Source: a virus (taxonomy: Duplodnaviria; Caudoviricetes). From it: a DNA stretch of 64,000 nt. Position 1 is the first letter of the stretch, and each line of letters starts with the position of its first letter. The stretch lies in IMG/VR virus record IMGVR_UViG_3300005611_001698, positions 130,409-194,408 of that record; one strand, written 5' to 3'. Both the position numbers and the translations under genes were made by a program. Under the pieces are notes generated by a model. The model saw only the letters and a program-made list of their open reading frames with translations. It made no database searches and was not told the origin of the DNA. Of this stretch, positions 58,720 through 64,000 are shown piece after piece.

Positions 58720-58721
58720 GG

Positions 58722-59609
58722 TTAGAACTTAATAATATATTCTACAAGAATAAAAGGAGTTACTAATTGATCTAGTTTTTCGTCATCAGAAATATCAACA
58801 TCGACAAAAGCACTGACACCAGACATGTCAATATCAACATTATCGTGTTCATATATGAAATTATGTGCGTATGTAATAGGTCTATCAATGTTGTGTTTAT
58901 GTATAGAATCAGCCTCCCAATCGCTAGAAAAATCTAACTGGTTATAAGATCCACTATTTGCCAATCTTTGACCCCGATCTTTTCCTCCAGTTTGTCCTAC
59001 GGCATGATTACCAGAGTAGTTTATAAATTTTTGAGTTGAATTATGAGCATGACCTTGGAAATTATCAATATTTAATTCAGTTTCACTAGTTTCTCTTTGA
59101 ACAATATATCTTGGATTTCCTAAAAATTGTAATTCTCCACTAGCAGCAACTTGAGCATTTCCAACAAAATTTGAAGTTATCCTATTACCAAAATTACTGA
59201 TAACTTCAATTTGAGGTCCAACTCTATTTGTTGGATTAGTAGTAACTACACCAGTATCTACAGTAGTTGCGTTATATATTCCTGTGCCTCTACCACCAAT
59301 AATAACTTTTGATCCAAGGTCAGGTAATTGAAATTGCCCTAGATCACCAGTTTCTTCATTTGGTTCTCTAATATTAGCATTATCTTTACGAAATCTAGAA
59401 GAATCACCCGACCCCAATACTCTCGATAACGCTACAAAATCTTTTGAATTTAAAATACTTCCATCACATCTCAAATAACCAGCAGGCAATGTATCTTTAA
59501 AATTAGCAGTTGTCGGATCATTAGCTACTCCTAATCCAGGAGTAGAATGGACTAAAATAGTCCCAACCATACCGCCAAATTTTGATCTTTCGTTCGTGTA
59601 ATTTGCCAT
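58722..59609 (-). CDS. Tail-collar-domain protein
   Basis: VGTI..LPAGYLRCDG..FQLPDL, HAH/HKH, EYIIKF. Confidence 0.8.
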   Translation of the reverse strand: MANYTNERSKFGGMVGTILVHSTPGLGVANDPTTANFKDTLPAGYLRCDGSILNSKDFVALSRVLGSGDSSRFRKDNANIREPNEETGDLGQFQLPDLGSKVIIGGRGTGIYNATTVDTGVVTTNPTNRVGPQIEVISNFGNRITSNFVGNAQVAASGELQFLGNPRYIVQRETSETELNIDNFQGHAHNSTQKFINYSGNHAVGQTGGKDRGQRLANSGSYNQLDFSSDWEADSIHKHNIDRPITYAHNFIYEHDNVDIDMSGVSAFVDVDISDDEKLDQLVTPFILVEYIIKF

Positions 59610-59610
59610 T

Positions 59611-60864
59611 TTAGTATGCCCTGATGATGTATACGCAAGTTAGAGAGGGTTGAGAAGTATTCATACTAATTTGTAACGCTGCCGTATTAGTAGCATTATC
59701 AAGAACTGTAGTGATTGGAATATTTACCTCAGATTGCAATCTAGATTGAGGTTTTAAACTATTTTGGTCATAAACTACCTGAAATGGATCATGCGCGTGT
59801 GCTTGGATAGAATCATCCAACCAAGCACTTCCAGTATTACTTACAAATGTTGTAAAATATCCAATAGAAGGAACATCAGGATAGTCATTCCTAAATCCAT
59901 CTGGAACTCCAAAAGGTTGACCCCCTGGACCATATTGAATACTACCACCGCCAGCCCATATTCTATAATCAAATTCTTCAAAATTAGCAATGGGAGTTGC
60001 GCTTACATTTTGAGCATATAAATTAACAGGAGGATTTTCTGATCTAACTTTAGCAAGAGTCCTACCATCAAATCCTTGACCTGCTCCACTAAACTGAAGT
60101 AATTGTGGATTATTCGTAAAACTTACTAAATCTATACCGTCTTTTTTCCACCCTAAACTAAATCTAGCTTCGTCTCTTGCGCCGTCACCACCATTAATGC
60201 CAGCTGTAATAGTAGCTTCATCATAGTTCGCATATGTAAAGTGTGCTTCTACATTACTATATGGAACAACACCTAGTCCTGGTCTATTACGAGAAAGTTC
60301 AGCAAGTGTTTCATATGAACCAGAGTGTGAATGAGTTCTGATATGTCCATGACCCAATTTTCTTCCACCAATGAATACATCCTTTGCTCCCTGTCCATCA
60401 ACAATAGTATTTCCAGAAATTTTACCACTGTAACCAAATCTATCATTTAATTCAAATTCGACATCAGTAGAAACATCATTAAAAACTTCAGGAACACCAT
60501 TATCAATATTTTCACCAATATATGGTCCAATCAAATTACCAGCATCGGGATCTTGATCAATATCATCTATTCTACCAGTAACCTGAAAGTACTCTTGCTC
60601 AATATCCATCAACATTCTACCATCAACTAAATTAGGTAAAACGAAATTACCAGTATATGCTGGAAATGCTCCACCTAAATTACTAGTTCCTTCATTATAC
60701 GTATCTCCAATTGCTTGTACTAATAGTGGATAATCTTTTGCCTCTGGTTGACCACCATCACAAATAATCCATCCCTTTGGAATCTCACTCAAAGGTCCAG
60801 ACCATGGCATAATGGTGCCGATAACGGCACCTTTCATAGTTTTTGATTCTTGATAAAACGGCAT
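59611..60864 (-). CDS. Tail-collar-domain protein
   Basis: IGTIMPWSG..IPKGWIICDG..YPLL..IGDTY..FVLPNL, HSH, YIIRAY; start MPFYQ. Confidence 0.82.
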   Translation of the reverse strand: MPFYQESKTMKGAVIGTIMPWSGPLSEIPKGWIICDGGQPEAKDYPLLVQAIGDTYNEGTSNLGGAFPAYTGNFVLPNLVDGRMLMDIEQEYFQVTGRIDDIDQDPDAGNLIGPYIGENIDNGVPEVFNDVSTDVEFELNDRFGYSGKISGNTIVDGQGAKDVFIGGRKLGHGHIRTHSHSGSYETLAELSRNRPGLGVVPYSNVEAHFTYANYDEATITAGINGGDGARDEARFSLGWKKDGIDLVSFTNNPQLLQFSGAGQGFDGRTLAKVRSENPPVNLYAQNVSATPIANFEEFDYRIWAGGGSIQYGPGGQPFGVPDGFRNDYPDVPSIGYFTTFVSNTGSAWLDDSIQAHAHDPFQVVYDQNSLKPQSRLQSEVNIPITTVLDNATNTAALQISMNTSQPSLTCVYIIRAY

Positions 60865-60866
60865 TT

Positions 60867-63800
60867 TTATATGTCCATTAGATACCAACCGACAAGAGAT
60901 GATGGTGCTCCTGGCAGTCCGTCTGGTGTAGATGGTCCAGCATAAACTAAACCAAATGCTGCGTTTGGTGTTTGTACAACTAATTCACCGCCACCATATC
61001 CAGCAAATGATGATGGTGGAATACCAGCTAACACAGAAGAACCAGTGTTAGATGTCTCTCCTTGTACTTTAACGTTATCAGCTGCTCTGATAACCATACT
61101 TAAGTTATATGTTAAACTACCACTAATATCTATAATGCGAATCATATCACCCATTAGAGCATTTTGAGGTAATTTAATTAAAGTATTACCAGTACAATTA
61201 ACAAAGTAATTAACATTTGCCTCTGCCTGGATAACAGAATCTGCTTGATACAACCACTTACGACCACCAGTTTGTGAGAAGTAATTTGATTGACCCGCAA
61301 TAGTAACAGATCCATCGTTATCTACACCAAAGATTTCATTACCTCCAGAATTGACAGTTAAATCACCACCTTGGACAAACAAATCACCAGCAATATCAAC
61401 ATTACCACCAAATGTAGAAGTGCCAGTTCCTAGAGCAGATAGAGAACCATATACAGTAAAGTCACCAGACGAATTGACAAGAGTTAGTCTTGGATCATTC
61501 CCATCAGCACTCCAGATGTTAAAGTTACCACCATAGATGTCAAGGTCACCAGTTGCCGTGTCAACTTGTAAAGTTGTTCTCGCCGCATTACTATCGTTAC
61601 CACCATCTGTAATGGTGAAGAACTCAGTATTTAAATTTCTAGAACCATTAATTGTTAATGTATTTTCAGTAGTTAGAGTACCAGCAATATTAGTATTACC
61701 AGTCTCAGAATTAACAGTAAATTTGTTAAAACCTACACCAGCAAGAATATCACCAAAGATGTAAGTGTCTCCAGTAGTAGACTCAACTTTAAATACATCA
61801 GCTGCTGGTGATCCACCATCATTAACAGTTAAAGACTGTGGAGATGTGCTAATTAATTGAGCAACTCCAACAAATTCAGATTGACTCAATCTTAATAAAT
61901 CTCTAGTAGTTAAAGTTCCACCAAACTCAGCAATACCGATATTGACATTACCAGCAGAACTGCCAATACCTGTCAATGGTTCATCTAATTGTCCATTACC
62001 ATCTAAGTCAGATCCAGTAATAAAACTTGCATTTGCTTGTTTAATTAATTTGGCAATGACGCAACCGTCAGGGTGATTGACATATGTTCCTGTTCCTTCC
62101 TGTCCTCTAGAAACAATTAATCGATAACCATTAGGATCAGATGGGTTTGCGATATTAGCAATACCAACAATACGAACAATTTCACTTTGTGCTTCATTTC
62201 TAAGTCCAGTAAGTTGATTTGGTGCTACGCCAACAGTGTCTGGAGAGGAAGAATTTCCTCTGTCAATCAACAATAGATCACCAACTTGGAAATCATCAAC
62301 ACCAGGAGTGGTAATAGGTAGATAATATGAAGTACCAGCAGAGTTAGTTCCATTTACCTGGAAGGTAAAGTCTCCTCCTCCACCACCACCTAACTGATCA
62401 TCAGTAATGGTTAGATTTTCATTATCAGCATAACCCTCACCAGGACTATCAATAGTAATATCAAACGTAAAGTCAAATCTAATAGTAATCGTAAATGAAG
62501 CATTAGTTCCAGATCCATCGCTTGTAGCAGATAGGAACCTATAAGTACCTGGAGTTCTGGAATTTGCTCCATTATTGACAACGTTGTCAATAGAAGCAAT
62601 TTGACCACCAGCAACTAAGAATGTATTTGAACCCCAAGCAGAAATACCAGCAGTATCAATCAATCTTCCAGTATCAAGATACTGATAGAAGTCAATATTT
62701 GGATTCTCAACACCACCAACTTGGTGACCGATTCTTGTAGTTCCAAACTTACCTCTTTCAATCTCAATAATACCAGCATTCAATCCACCATCTAGTCTGA
62801 TGTTACCCTCAACAATGTGAGAAGCAAGAACATTCAAAGTATTACGGATGAAAGTTGTGCCACCAGTTGAACCAAGAGTAAATGTAGTAGCGTTTGTAGC
62901 AAGATTAACTGTATTTGTTTGGTCACCATCAAATAGATTAGCGATTCTAGTTTGAGTAAACAATCTAGAAGAGCTAGTACCAGCACCATATCCAGTACCA
63001 ATCTCTAAATTACCAGCAACACCTGTATAGAATGTGCCAATCTTAAATGATGAGTTAGCATCTGATTGAGTTGCCCATGCTCCACCAATCGTAATGTCGC
63101 AAACTGAAGTAACGTCATTAGATACTGTACCAATTTCAATACTTGCGTTATCACTGTTTCTATGAATCTTCAAGGTAGAATTGGTTGCTGCTTCACCAAT
63201 TAATATTGTTTGTCTTGTAGAAGAGTTCGCAATATTTACTGTTTGATCGGTAGTAGTATTGTTAATAAGGTTCAGAATCTGACCTTCGCCAGCAAAGTTT
63301 AAAACATTTGCGTTTGTATTAATAAAGTTGAAAGCATTATTTGTAGTTGTGATATCACCACCATTTACCTGAAGATCTTGAGTAATCTCAAGATTATCAT
63401 GGATTCTAGCATCACCAACAACAACAAAAGTTCTATCAAGATTCTTGTATGGATTTACAGTATCTCCAAGTGAAGTATTGATGCCAACTCTACCATTATT
63501 GGTAGTCATTACTCTCAACACTGAAGGATCATCAGGAGAAGAACTATCACCGCCAACTAGGAAAGCATTATCTTGATTGGTTTCTGTCTTAGAAATAGTA
63601 TTCTCAGAGAGATAAGAATTAATGGTCTTACCACTAATAAAGGTTGTACCAACAACATCTAAGTTTGCTCTTGGTTCTGTCTCGGTTGAAACAAAAGCAT
63701 TTTGAGAAGCATCATGTGAAGAACGAGCAATCGTGTTGATTCCTAGTTTGTAATCACCAATAGATTCAGTATCTGTTCTGATTGCTTCAGCACCAATTAA

Positions 63801-64000
63801 ACCATATTCTTTGAAATTTGAATTGGAGAATTCAACTTTAACACCAGGATTTGCAGCGACAACCGCACTCCAGTTTAAAGTTTGAATGGTGATAGAGTCA
63901 TTAACTTGGAAATGTACATAATTGTTATTAGAAGAGAATGCATCACCGTTTGGACTGAATACAATCCAAGGAACAGTATTCAATCTGCTATCAGGATAAT
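60867..64000 (-). CDS. Long tail-fibre protein, C-terminal part (5' end outside window)
   Basis: Frame stays open to the window end; GRVGINT repeats and C-terminal LP..GD.IRIID..GGELVVQTPNAAFGLVY..GW domain. Confidence 0.75.
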   Translation of the reverse strand, partial: YPDSRLNTVPWIVFSPNGDAFSSNNNYVHFQVNDSITIQTLNWSAVVAANPGVKVEFSNSNFKEYGLIGAEAIRTDTESIGDYKLGINTIARSSHDASQNAFVSTETEPRANLDVVGTTFISGKTINSYLSENTISKTETNQDNAFLVGGDSSSPDDPSVLRVMTTNNGRVGINTSLGDTVNPYKNLDRTFVVVGDARIHDNLEITQDLQVNGGDITTTNNAFNFINTNANVLNFAGEGQILNLINNTTTDQTVNIANSSTRQTILIGEAATNSTLKIHRNSDNASIEIGTVSNDVTSVCDITIGGAWATQSDANSSFKIGTFYTGVAGNLEIGTGYGAGTSSSRLFTQTRIANLFDGDQTNTVNLATNATTFTLGSTGGTTFIRNTLNVLASHIVEGNIRLDGGLNAGIIEIERGKFGTTRIGHQVGGVENPNIDFYQYLDTGRLIDTAGISAWGSNTFLVAGGQIASIDNVVNNGANSRTPGTYRFLSATSDGSGTNASFTITIRFDFTFDITIDSPGEGYADNENLTITDDQLGGGGGGDFTFQVNGTNSAGTSYYLPITTPGVDDFQVGDLLLIDRGNSSSPDTVGVAPNQLTGLRNEAQSEIVRIVGIANIANPSDPNGYRLIVSRGQEGTGTYVNHPDGCVIAKLIKQANASFITGSDLDGNGQLDEPLTGIGSSAGNVNIGIAEFGGTLTTRDLLRLSQSEFVGVAQLISTSPQSLTVNDGGSPAADVFKVESTTGDTYIFGDILAGVGFNKFTVNSETGNTNIAGTLTTENTLTINGSRNLNTEFFTITDGGNDSNAARTTLQVDTATGDLDIYGGNFNIWSADGNDPRLTLVNSSGDFTVYGSLSALGTGTSTFGGNVDIAGDLFVQGGDLTVNSGGNEIFGVDNDGSVTIAGQSNYFSQTGGRKWLYQADSVIQAEANVNYFVNCTGNTLIKLPQNALMGDMIRIIDISGSLTYNLSMVIRAADNVKVQGETSNTGSSVLAGIPPSSFAGYGGGELVVQTPNAAFGLVYAGPSTPDGLPGAPSSLVGWYLMDI

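Noticed and set aside
47530-64000. Diversity-generating retroelement or invertible shufflon acting on fibre genes
   Set aside because: No reverse transcriptase or invertase, no adenine-specific TR/VR pair seen, and all paralogs are in the same orientation
1-64000. tRNA/rRNA genes, introns, photosynthesis auxiliary genes
   Set aside because: No cloverleaf, interrupted gene or psbA/hli-like ORF recognised by eye; a tRNAscan/Infernal run would be needed to exclude them formally

Overview
Fragment of a large T4-like marine cyanophage (cyanomyovirus) genome. Essentially all genes lie on the minus strand. (i) 1-22.5 kb: late structural block (VrlC/DUF4815-like virion protein, baseplate gp8, a 4089-aa gp7, gp6, gp25), followed by conserved cyanophage genes including a glycosyltransferase-like gene and a mannose-6-P-isomerase cupin. 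(ii) 22.5-23.3 kb: a largely non-coding island with back-to-back near-consensus sigma70 promoters, a cluster of cyanobacterial-type DnaA boxes (TTTTCCACA) in 34-bp tandem repeats and an AT-rich repeat tract. This is a candidate host-oriC-mimicking origin or DnaA sink. (iii) 23.3-43.7 kb: an early/host-takeover region of many tiny ORFs, cut into modules by 13 copies of a promoter cassette carrying a GNCAGTT-N4/5-AACTGNC palindrome. It contains reshuffled duplicate mini-genes, two coupled nuclease-methyltransferase operons (an EcoRI-fold REase with a Dam-family MTase; a PD-ExK nuclease with a ParB-like protein and a beta-class MTase), an HNH endonuclease with its own late promoter, and an SF2 helicase. 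(iv) 43.7-64 kb: a tail-fibre island with three 2OG-Fe(II) oxygenases, tail-collar proteins, three tandem paralogs with constant C-termini and swapped N-terminal heads, and the end of a long tail-fibre gene. All calls come from motif recognition by eye; no database searches were run.
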